The notes below the pieces were generated by a model. That model was not told the origin of the DNA, did not search any database, and worked only from the letters and a program-made list of their open reading frames with translations. 64,000 nt of DNA from the NCBI GenBank assembly GCA_001179505.1, contig CDMY01000359.1:37864-101863 (forward strand). The letters run 5' to 3'. The stretch comes from Vitrella brassicaformis CCMP3155. Its lineage: Eukaryota > Protista > Chromerida. Positions 38,641 through 49,312 of this stretch are shown one piece after another. The first letter of the stretch is position 1. Every line of letters starts with the position of its first letter. Made by a program: the position numbers and the translations under genes.

Positions 38641-40218
38641 CTGGTCCTTCTTGTGGGTGTCGTGGACGAAGCGCTTGCCCTCCTTGCCGAGCCGTCCTGA
38701 GCTGATGATGTTATGCTGGATCGACCGACACAGCAGGACACCACGCAGCACCAGGGCTCCGCCGCTGGTCTGCAGGGTGAGTGTGCCGATGCCGTCGGCG
38801 TTGACCACTGTGCCGTCCGCCGTCTCGATGCGGTTGTCGCACTGCTTGAGGTCGGGCAGCTTGCTCTCGTCCCACGTGATGTGCTTGTCGCTGCCAGAGT
38901 CGACCATGAAGTCGTCCTCCTTCTCCTTGCTCAACACTGACGAACACCTATTGACCGACAACAACTGACAGACAGGCGTGGGCTCTTGCTCGCCAGCCTC
39001 TGTCTGTCTGCCCTTCGCCACCTGCCCGCCATTCTGACCTGAATGCGGGCCGGGGCGAGCATCAGATGCTACTTTCTTGGGGGCCCCGGACCCCATGCTT
39101 TGTTGTACGGGGCTTGTCGCTTGCACACCACTCGACCCGCCAGGCGACACCACTGGCTCGTCCACTGCCCTGACCACCGCCACGGTGTAGTGGGCGTCCT
39201 CATCGCCCTCGTCCTGCACGGCGTTGACTGTCGCTGCCCTGAGCCTGTTGGGGAACCGTTGGAAGCCGAAGGGCTCCTTGCCGTAGGGCGACTGGCTCCA
39301 GTCGACGCGGTTGTCGCGGATGTCTCGCTTGAGCTTCTTGCACGCGAACCACTTGTCCTTGTGCTTGCCGCAGTACCAGCAGCCGTCGGGTCCCTGGGCT
39401 GGTGCGGCTCCCTCCTTGCGGAACCGACTTGGACCACCCTGGGCACCCCCTCTCGCCTGCCCCTGCCCCCTCTCGCCTCGGGGGGACACTGACGGGGGCT
39501 TATGGCGAAGTGCCGCCACCGTGCTGCTGTCTGCCGCACTCTCCGCCGCCTTGGCGTTGTCGCTTGCGCTCAGGAGACGCTGCTTGAAGACGTCCCAGCC
39601 GGCCGTGCTCGTCTCACTCGCGATGATCTCCAGGAACACCCTGTACTCGGGCAGGCCGTGCAGGAGACGCTTGAACTTGTTGACTTTCATGACCTCTCCG
39701 ATGGCCTGACCCGCCGCCTCGCACTTCCTGACAGCGCCCTCGTAGCGTGCCAGCTCCTTGGCCACGTCGCCTGACGCCAGCTTGAAGTCCTCGTACGCGT
39801 CGATGTCCTTTGCCTTTTGCTGCTCGCGCCGTGGGTCGTAGTAGTTGACCAGCTGCAGCCACAGCCAGCTCCCATCGCTCTTCTTGGCGTCCTCGACGCT
39901 CTGGATGATCTCCTGCGCCTTGCTCACTCCGCCCGTCGTCCTCACGATGGACTGGTTGAGGTGGAAGGCCAGCTGGCTTCGCTGCTGCTTGCGGTCATTC
40001 GGCCCGAGCTGGTCGTACTTGGCCTGGGTCTCGGGCAGCAGCTCCTTCTGCTCGCATGACGCGTAGTAGGACTCATACAGGTCCCTGAACGACGTCCACT
40101 GCTCGTCGTCACCGTCGAACTTGGGCAGCTCACTTTTGACTGTCGCCGCACCGCCTCCTCTGCCGATTTGCTGCAGGAGCTGAGCGAACTGCTCGTTGGT
40201 GAGGGTCACGCTGCTCAT
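38641..40218 (-). CDS. Copia gag + aspartic protease
   Basis: LPKFDGDDEQWTSF gag start, zinc-knuckle-like CWYCGKHKDKWFAC, DSG protease; in frame to the gap. A ~98-99% identical copy at 37122-38340 carries a 2-bp deletion. Confidence 0.88.
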
Positions 40219-40312
40219 CTCTCCGATGAGATGGGTATCTCGGTTGTCCCCGATGGGACATGCATGCGGTGCTCACGCCGGTAGATCTTTCACTCAACCT
40301 CAGCTGCGCCCA

Positions 40313-40456
40313 CGTCAGCGTGAGCGTGGCACACAGATGTCGATATATCCTTGACCCGAAAGGATATGAATGCGCATCACAACCTAAGTCCCGAGTCCAA
40401 GCTCGCACGATCACTGGCAGTCATGAAATGGGCCCTGGCTGATGGCTGTCCTGACA
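40313..40456 (-). repeat. 5' LTR (144 bp, TGTCAG..CTGACG), followed by a TGG-starting candidate PBS
   Basis: Direct repeat of 34577-34718; next bases on the minus strand TGGGCGCAGCTGAGG; cognate tRNA not identified. Confidence 0.8.
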
Positions 40457-40614
40457 ACGGCAATGTCTTCCCATACACTAGCGAGTACTCCTTTCGCATC
40501 GAAGACCGACCAGTAGGTAGGTAGGTAGTTGTGTTTGACGGACCTCGTGGCCTTAACCTCCGAGTCTTTTTGCGAGTCCGTTCCATGTACACTAGCCACG
40601 CACGATCACACTCC

Positions 40615-41640
40615 GATCGTTCGTTCGTTCGTTAACCTCACGGGGACCTTGCCCCCCGGCCCCCCGAAGGGGTACGCAAGAAAGGGTCTGTGTGAGTCCA
40701 TAGAAAATCACGAGTCCGGAGAAGGAAGCATTGGATGCAACGCAACCCACCGCTTTCGCGAGGCTTTCGCAGAAAGCAGAAACGTGGCGACCGCTTCATG
40801 CACATGCAGTGAGCGAGAGGTGAGCAAAGAAAAGGCAAACACAAGAGGATCACAATAATTAAGATCCCATCGAAAGTAAACCTTGCCATCAGGCGCCGCA
40901 AGGCCATACATGCGAACAACACGGAATACTTCCCCTCGTGCAGAGCTATAGAGGGGACAGTAGAAAAGAATGTGCAGCTCATCCTCAACAGGTGGCCCCC
41001 ACATCTGAGGCAAGAAATGAAAAACGGTGCAATACGGGCAAGANNNNNNNNNNNNNNNNNNNNNNNNNNNNNNNNNNNNNNNNNNNNNNNNNNNNNNNNN
41101 NNNNNNNNNNNNNNNNNNNNNNNNNNNNNNNNNNNNNNNNNNNNNNNNNNNNNNNNNNNNNNNNNNNNNNNNNNNNNNNNNNNNNNNNNNNNNNNNNNNN
41201 NNNNNNNNNNNNNNNNNNNNNNNNNNNNNNNNNNNNNNNNNNNNNNNNNNNNNNNNNNNNNNNNNNNNNNNNNNNNNNNNNNNNNNNNNNNNNNNNNNNN
41301 NNNNNNNNNNNNNNNNNNNNNNNNNNNNNNNNNNNNNNNNNNNGAAAAACGGTGCAATACGGGCAAGAGCGCAGCAGTCGTGGAGGGCCGGCCATCGATA
41401 CGCCCATCAGTAACTGCACAGGGATATGTACCGGTCCGAAAAGCGAACTGCACACGACGCTTGGGTCGAGGTAGTGAAAAGTAGCATGGAAAGGTGGACA
41501 GAGGCTGGATGAGGCGATGAAGCCAGTCTTGGCCTGACCCAATAATGAAATCACGCAGAAAGGGAGGTACATATGCAGGTAGAGAGAGTAGATTGCTTCT
41601 GTCCAGAAGGCAACGCTGTGTGCGCGACGCAAAAGGTCGA
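40615..41640 (-). mobile_element. 5'-truncated LINE 3' fragment with (AACG)n tail
   Basis: QDWLHRLIQPL..FRTGTYP and PPVEDELHILFYCPLY are homologous to the C-terminus of the 54.9-55.6 kb LINE; minus-strand end GAGGTTAACGAACGAACGAACGA. Confidence 0.8.
41044..41343. other. Assembly gap (300 N), probably an unmerged overlap
   Basis: GAAAAACGGTGCAATACGGGCAAGA occurs on both sides. Confidence 1.
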
Positions 41641-41893
41641 CGGGTCACGGGAAAGCTATGAGGGAAGACATTGCCAAAGAAAGGAGAAGCAGTGAATAAA
41701 CGCTGACGTGCATGCAAGAGAATCCGCGACGGGCATTGTCATGTGTGTAGCCACGCCATGGAAGAAGACACAGAGGCAAGGGCAAGAGCGAGAGGGGGGG
41801 AGGAAGGGGGGGTGCATCATGCAGCAACAAATGATGACGAGTGCGTATATTGGTGTCCCACCGTGACGTGAGTGTATCAGCAAAGCCGATCGA

Positions 41894-42510
41894 CTGATCG
41901 TTCGTTCATTCGTTCGTTAACCTCACGGGGACCTTGCCCCCCGGCCCCCCGAAGGGGTACGCAAGAACGAGTCTGTGTGATGCAGGCCTGTCTACCCAGC
42001 CATCCCTATGGTCCACCACAAAAGGAAAGGCACTGGCACCGGCCGACACACAGATGACAACAGAGGGCACAGGTGACGAACACTTCCCCTGGCTACATAC
42101 ACAAGAACGGGCGATATCGCACGCCTCTGTGTCCTCGAGGGACGCGAAAGAAACGACGGACACCAGACGACTCTGTCTGTGTCCTCGCACCGATCAATCA
42201 GTGCAGCAGCTATTGAACGGTTTCACGGCAGCTACCCTACGCATCCTAGTGCCACTCCTCGGCTGGTCCTCGCGGCGCGCGGAGATCCGTTTTGCAGACA
42301 GTCCAGTGAGATCCTTAGGGTAGCTAGTCTAGACTTCCTCCCGAAACTTGCACCATGGGTCCACTGGAGGAATTGAACCCATGATGACCGGAGTGGATAA
42401 TCGACTTTGGTGCGACATTTTGCCTGGCGTCCTTTCCCGATCGCCTCCCATTACTCGGGGGCCCCTCCCCCCTCGTAACCGTTCGTCGAGCTGCGTTCGC
42501 GGCGAGGCCC
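41894..42510 (-). mobile_element. 617-bp non-coding SINE-like element
   Basis: Flanked by ATCGA (41889-41893, 42511-42515); one end shared with 57451-57566, the other end shared with the LINE tail 40615-40682. Confidence 0.6.
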
Positions 42511-42626
42511 ATCGAGGCGGACATGAGCAGCGTGTAACACGGACAATGAGGATGAGATCATCATCATGAGAGCATGCTTGAATCAAGCATGAAGGGAATT
42601 GTCGGCTGTGTTGTGGCTCATTTTAG

Positions 42627-43672
42627 GACAGGAGCGTCTCTTCAGTGTAGGTCCCAGGAAGGAATCAACGCCGAGATAGCAGAGTGGATTGCCAAATCAG
42701 CCAAGAGCCAAAAAACCCCTGTTGTGTCTAATGACGGACAAGGGCCGTACTGGCTTGATACCAGCACAAACAAGGTGTTGGGTTTTGACAGCAGGGTTTG
42801 TGCTCTCTCTTTCGTGCTTTTCCGGTGAGCGTTGGCAGCTCTCGTACGTGTGTTGCTTGGCGGGCTGGCCATGCCCATGATGGACTCGTGCGTTGCGTGC
42901 CTTGCGTAAAGGCTTGTACGGCAGAGATTGATCCCTCTGACCACGGTGTGTGGTTGGCACACAGCAACTTCAACACAAGGAAACCCTCCCGTCTTGCCCT
43001 AGTCCCTCTGTTTTCTCTGTTAAGGTGTGGACGTCGATTCGAATGACCCTGACCACGACTTCACCAGAGCCAACGTACTCTGGGGCACGCTAATGGCTGG
43101 CGGGGCCGGCGTCGAATTCTACTTTGGTTGGGGTTTTCGCTGGCACCAAACTGGCGAGAAAGACCCGATAATAGAAAATGACGACAGATACCAGCCACCC
43201 GTACTCGACGTGCTCGGACGTCACCTGTGAAGCCTTTGGAAGCCGTGACAAAATGATCACGCAGGCGTATGTTGCCTGGCGCTTCATGAAGGACAATCAC
43301 ATCCCCTTTTGGGAAATGACTGGAAGTAATCACCTGACGGAGCAAAAAGACGATTTCGTCTTCGCCAAAAAGGGCGATATCTACCTCGTCTACACCTTTG
43401 CCAATGCGACGAGAGTAGAATTCAGTGTTGTCGGGAACATTGCTTACTCCATCCATTATTGGAACCCCAAGACAGGCGGCGATCTTATTGATGGGGGAGT
43501 GGTCATGGCTGACTTGATTGGTGGAGAGATAAGCAGGAGAATGTCCATCCCGATTCCACAGACGTCACGTATTGGCTCGTCTGATGTGCTGATAGTGGAC
43601 CCATCAGTGGTAAGGAAGGCCAATAATAAATCAGGGGGCCCGACAAACACAAGGTATGTTGTAATAATGTGA
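42627..43672 (+). pseudogene. 3' part of an intron-containing gene resembling bacterial DUF5060-type proteins
   Basis: TGASLQ..EWIAKSAKSQKTPVVSNDGQGP; DPDHDFTRANVLWGTLMAGGAGVEFYFGW; DVTCEAFGSRD; IPFWEM; FAKKGDIYLVY; YWNPKTGG in the order recalled for that family; AG acceptors at 42626 and 43023. Family name from memory. Confidence 0.6.
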
Positions 43673-46600
43673 GGGGTGTGAGTATCGCCTTTGATTGTTG
43701 TATACGCTATTCATTTCTTTAGAAAGCGAGCTAGCTTACTTTTTATCGATAAAAATAGCGGTGAGAGTTATGTGGACGAGAGATGATAGATCATTTTTGT
43801 CGAGACCTTTTCCATCGGTGCCGTCTTTCTCTACATGCAGCCCCACGCTGGCTGGCTGTTCCCACCGGCGCAAGAGTGGCGCGTGCCGCGGACAGCGCAG
43901 CGAGAGACGACAGATAGTCGCCTTCCGGGCACCTGGGTGTCGTGAGACAACACAGCCCATGCCCATGGTCGTTCCATCAGTAGTGGGATGGGGCTTGCAG
44001 TAGGCCTGTGATTTTGTCACAAACGACATGTTTCTAGCTCGAGACACAGCAGACGAGGCGGGTACGCGCATACAAAAAACGATCGATGCTTCGTAGAACG
44101 ATTTACATGAGTCAAAATACGTACACAATACGGACGACCCATAATGGATGGATGCACTATGTGTTCGACGCTGTGATTCGTCGACGGCCCCGACGGTTGG
44201 AAGGTGCAGACGCACAGTCAGGTCTCTGCCCTCTCTGATTGTCGGCGTGGCGCAAGAAGGCGCGGTCAGGGACAGAATGGATTGGCAATCCCTCGTGAGC
44301 CCCGCCGCCGATGCGAAGACAGTGAGGCAATTGTGACGAGTCTACGACGACACGAGTGGAACATCGGGATGAAGCGGCAGAGTGACGGGCGCGCGGATTC
44401 TAGAGCAGCCGCGGGGAAGAAGTAAGACGTCTCGGCACATTCGGTTGCACACCAGCGCACGCAACCCCCGCTCGCTTGCACTCGATGACTCACGATGCTA
44501 TTGGTTGCGATGAGCAAGCCCAAACAGTCCAGACATTGAAGCGACACGAGAGACACGAGAGACGCGAGAGACCCAACGCGTAAAGGATAGTGCGACTCCG
44601 CAATCATGCGCCACTTTGTCAGGCAGCACGGTCCCGATCGAAAGCGTAAAGAAGAAGCTCAGGCAGCTGGGGAGGTATGTCTTGTTGACGAACCGGAAGA
44701 CGCTCTGGACCATAAATGAGATTAGCGAGGCTTCACAGGTCGAGAAACGAGGTTGCCAACGACAGCAGAGGCATGCGGCCTCATACGACGAGCACAATAT
44801 ACGGCCAAATCCCACGACGCACATCACGCTAAATTACGGCTGCGATCCATCACGTACCATCGACAGCTGTTAGAAGCTGCACGAGTTGACACGACGCAGT
44901 TGCCTTCAGCCTCAGGACGCCAATACTTGTGTCAGACACGACTGAGCATACAGCTACGACCTTGAAACCGATGGCGTGGCGCACACGCACGATAAGCTTA
45001 CAGACAGTCAATTGATGAGAAACCCCCGCTTCCACTCGACGACGTGGCTGTATCGACAGAGGGCGACACAATCGCGCACGGGCACGTGCCCACAGTCGAC
45101 CTGCGTAGCCAGAAACGCACGAGGCATGCCGCTTTGCTTCGCCATGAATTCGTTGTCTCCCAACAAACACGCCGCGTTGCATTCATAGGGGTAGTTCGCC
45201 GCAACAGACAAGGGAAATGGCTACCAAGAGCATCACAACGACGACGAGGAAAGATGCGAGAGCAGCCGAACACCTTTCCGACGCCGACGCGACAATAGAA
45301 AGGAATCCCGTTTGACGACGACTTCTCCCCTTCCGCTCGACAAAGCACGCACCATCGTTGCGTCTTCGTCGTCGACTTACGCGTGTCGACTCGATAAGCC
45401 ACACATCCTCGCACCGATAACAAGACGGAGCCTCCCACGGCAGAGGACAAACGATTGGACGACGGCTTTTTGTTAACCCCAGCTGAGATCGACGGAAGAC
45501 GCGCAGCTCCACAACACCCATACCTTCGCCCACGAGCCGGCGCGTGACGCAGCCACACTTTGTGACACACGCAGAACTTGAGATGGCGGAGACGTATAGT
45601 CTCGCCCGAGGATGCACCCGAAATCGGGTTAATGATCGACGCACAATGGACCTGGACACGAGCGCGCTGCCTTGAATGCTGTAAATCGACAGACAAGACA
45701 TCGTCCCCCACGGCGCGTCCAGATCAAGACGTGTAGGTCAATAATCTAAGCAGCCGCGAATCGGCGACGGCATGCTTAAGACCGTTAAATTGGCGCTGCT
45801 GCACTCCGACGAAGAGAGTTTCGTTCTCCTCCAACGTCCGAGGAACGCGCATTGGCAGAGACACACAAAATCAAATCGACGGCGTGCACAACTGCGAATT
45901 GGCGAGGGCACGCAGCCCTGAGTACGACCACGATCGCTGAGATGAGCGGAGACATAATTCGATGGACGAGCGTTTCATGTCTCCCCGCAGTCCACAGACG
46001 CAGCAAGGACTGAACCGCGAAAGGTCGGTGACGCGCTGCGAACCGGCAAGAGCAAGCCGCCCCGAAGATGATAAAGACCGCTCTTAGTGAAACAGATGAG
46101 AGTTCGCTCCCCTCGACGCGCCCAGTCGTGGAACAGCCGAGACTCGTATATAGTCGCTTGACTAAGTAGCCGCGGATCGGCGAGGACACAACACACCTCG
46201 CGTACAATAAGGTCGTTGTCCCTCGACGTCCCCGGGACGCGGAGCGGCGAAGACATCCAAAATCGAATCGACGCGGGACACAGAGGAAGACACGACTGGG
46301 TGCGCAACCGCGAAGTGGCGAAGGGTACGCTGCCCTGAGTACGACCCGATCGCTGCGACGGCATAGACGTACTTCGACGTACGAGTATTTTCAGCGCCTA
46401 CAGACGCAGAACGAGTGAGACGCGCATAACCAAATCGGCCCGTACGCAGACGTGAATTGATGAGAGCAAGCTGCCCCGAGTGCGATACGACCGCTGTCGT
46501 AATGCGACGGATGAGAGATCGTACTCGCCCAACGCCCCCATAACGCACAGCAACCGAGACAGACGAGATCGAATGGGCGGCCGATGCCGCTGCGACACGT

Positions 46601-47165
46601 CAAAGGCACGCTGCCCCGAGTGCGATACGCCCGACGTCGCGAATCGACGGCTGAGAGTTCATTGAAGAGGCGCCGTGCGAGACTTCTCTTCATATCGATG
46701 AGGATACACGACGATGACGCAACACCTGCACTCCGGCGATAATACTCGAGGCCGTCGGTCCAGAGGAAGACCATGCATTTCAGGTCTGACATCGCGACGA
46801 CCTGAGGAACCGTAGCGACCGAAAGCCGTCGTAGATACGAATATAGCCGTCGTCACTCGTGCAAGACGATCGAAGCGAACACTCGTCAAAGTCGAAGTGC
46901 GCCGGTGCGACTGCATATAGCCGCTCGGAAAACCCGTACGCTCGTAGCGATAAGTCGATGATTAGAGTAATGATACGAGTAGATGTCGGACGTGGGTGTA
47001 TAAGGGAGAGGCACACAGACAGGCAGGATGTATGTGGCTGCTAGCCTGCGTACTTGCACGTGCAAGGACAGAGTCAGACGGTCAAGCACCGAAGCGCCAT
47101 CAGGGCCATTGGTCCATCGTGATCTGCAGAGCCTCATTCCCGTTGTGGCGTGGCTGCCTGCGATA

Positions 47166-47865
47166 CACCCCGTGCAAGCCTCCTCCCCTGGATTTGATTT
47201 TTTTTTAAGTTACTCCCCTTTCTCTATTTTTATTTGAGATTTTTTAAAATAACTCCTTTGATTTTTTGAGGGGTTTGCGAAGTTTTAAAATGGAGATGGC
47301 TGGTTTGGAGGTGGCGAAGTGAAGAGGGTTAAACGTCTTTTCACTGGCTAAAACAAGCCTCAAACGTGCTTTCAATGCCTAAAAGAAGCCTGAAAATAGC
47401 ATTTCCNNNNNNNNNNNNNNNNNNNNNNNNNNNNNNNNNNNNNNNNNNNNNNNNNNNNNNNNNNNNNNNNNNNNNNNNNNNNNNNNNNNNNNNNNNNNNN
47501 NNNNNNNNNNNNNNNNNNNNNNNNNNNNNNNNNNNNNNNNNNNNNNNNNNNNNNNNNNNNNNNNNNNNNNNNNNNNNNNNNNNNNNNNNNNNNNNNNNNN
47601 NNNNNNNNNNNNNNNNNNNNNNNNNNNNNNNNNNNNNNNNNNNNNNNNNNNNNNNNNNNNNNNNNNNNNNNNNNNNNNNNNNNNNNNNNNNNNNNNNNNN
47701 NNNNNNCTCCCGGTCATCGCCTTATTAAAATTTCTCCCCGATTTTTTATCTATTTGAGTTCTTTTAAATATTTTTCGGCAAATAGATAGATAATTTGAAT
47801 ATTTTTCGGCACATTTGGGACGTTTTAAAAAATGCCCGATCAGGGGAGGAGGCTTGCACGGGGTG
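47166..47865. mobile_element. MITE, hAT-like (25-bp TIR, 8-bp TSD)
   Basis: TIR CACCCCGTGCAAGCCTCCTCCCCTG at 47166-47190 and its reverse complement at 47841-47865; TSD CTGCGATA at 47158-47165 and 47866-47873; AT-rich interior with a 300-N gap. Confidence 0.9.
47407..47706. other. Assembly gap (300 N) inside the MITE
   Basis: Run of N. Confidence 1.
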
Positions 47866-48401
47866 CTGCGATACCTGCGAACCGCATCTGACCGCATCGA
47901 AAGGACGCACAGCCATATGCATGTTTGCATGCATTCCTCTTTTTTTGCAGCTGATGGACGGTGACGCAGCCGCCGAGAAGGAGATGACCAGGCCTGGGCG
48001 GGAGGGGAGGAGAGGAGACGCCTGGCCGAAGTGCTCGCCAAGCAGACCTGTCAGGGGCTCCTGCAATGGCTGAAGACGCTGGGCTGGGAGGGCGGAAGAC
48101 TGGGACTCAGTTTGGGAGGGTGGGAGAAACGCGATAAGCTGATCCAGCCGACGGAGAAGCGAGACGCCCGCGAGCTCGTCCCCACGCGATCCCTGAACCT
48201 GCAAGCGAGCGGGCAACGAAGCGACGAACGATGCAGCACGCCGTGTATGCTGCGGTCCCTCCGCCAACCAATGTCAACGCACACAACAGTGTGCTCCGCC
48301 CTGAGGACTAGAGCGTGCCGCCAGGTTATACGGGGCTCGTCCCCGCCCCCCGCACTGCCTCTCACGAACTGCGAGTCCCGAAATCCTGGCCAGCCAATGA
48401 T

Positions 48402-48972
48402 GAAATTCCCCTCCTCCGTCGGGCTGGCGGGACTCGCTACGCGCGTTTCGCGAAATGCATGCGAAGCCCCCAAGCTCGCATGCAAGCCCTCAAGGGAACC
48501 AAAGGAAGTGCTAGTTTGGCCTCAATTACGGAGGGAGGGAAGAAACGCTTTGGACGGTATGAAATTCCCTCCTCCGTCGGACTGACGGGATTTCGCGAAT
48601 GCATGCAAAGCCCCCAAGCTCGCATGCAAGCCCCACATCGGAAGCGAAGGAAGTGCTAGCTTGGCCCCAATTACGGACGGACGATAAACACTTTGGACGG
48701 GTATGAAATGAAATTTCCCTCCTCTGTCGGCGGGACTCGCTTGCATTCCCGAAACGACATGCATGCAAAGCCCCCAAACTCGCATGCTAGCCCCCACAAG
48801 GGAACCGAAGGGAATTGCTAGCTTGGCCCCAATTACGGACGGACGGACGGAGGAATTGGATGGGAAGAGCGTGCCACGCTCGCGTATTTCCCTTCTATGT
48901 CGGGCTGGCGGGACTCGCTCGCGTTCACGAAACGAAATGCATGCAAAGCCCCCAAGCTCGCATGCAAGCCCC
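48402..48972. repeat. ~150-175-bp minisatellite, about 3.6 units
   Basis: Units start ~48402, 48561, 48710, 48884: GAAATTCCCTCC..GGCGGGACTCGC..GCATGCAAAGCCCCCAAGCTCGCATGCAAGCCCC..GCTAGCTTGGCCCCAATTACGG. Confidence 0.85.
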
Positions 48973-49312
48973 CTTGTTGTCATGTGTGGTGTAGGTTGTG
49001 GTGGGAGTCGGTTGGAGGTCTGGCCGAGCAGAAGGGTGCTGGGTGCAGTTGCTGCGCCCACACGGCCACTACAACGCCTCCCGATCTATCCGACACACGT
49101 ACTCAAGTGTGAGGTCTGATCCGATGCAGCGCATGCCTGGTGTGGTGATGTCTGACGGCTCTCGTGACCTGTTGGTTACGGCCCTCAGCGTGCAAGAGAC
49201 GCCAGTGGCGGAAGTCACATACGAACCCAAGAACTATCGACAGGCGACAGAAGGGCCTGATTGTGAAGGGTGGACAGAAGCCATGGACAAGGAGCATTAA
49301 GCCATGCATGAT

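Larger units (their letters stand above)
34577..40456 (-). mobile_element. Ty1/Copia LTR retrotransposon derivative (gag-protease-integrase; RT/RNaseH absent)
   Basis: Terminal direct repeats, PPT, gag ATG 40218, protease FMVDSGSDKH, HHCC zinc finger and DDE integrase; no YxDD RT or RNase H before the 3' LTR. Confidence 0.9.

Noticed and set aside
36964-40218. 1084-aa ORF with duplicated gag-protease
   Set aside because: Reads through a 300-N gap joining near-identical flanks; not evidence of a double-gag protein.
42340-42400. Acceptor-plus-T-arm minihelix ending in CCA
   Set aside because: Too short and easily produced by chance; kept only as a B-box-like motif in the SINE-like finding.
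44616-44873. GRYVLLTN resembling an IS4-type transposase motif
   Set aside because: Single short motif; no RW.IE/DDE context.
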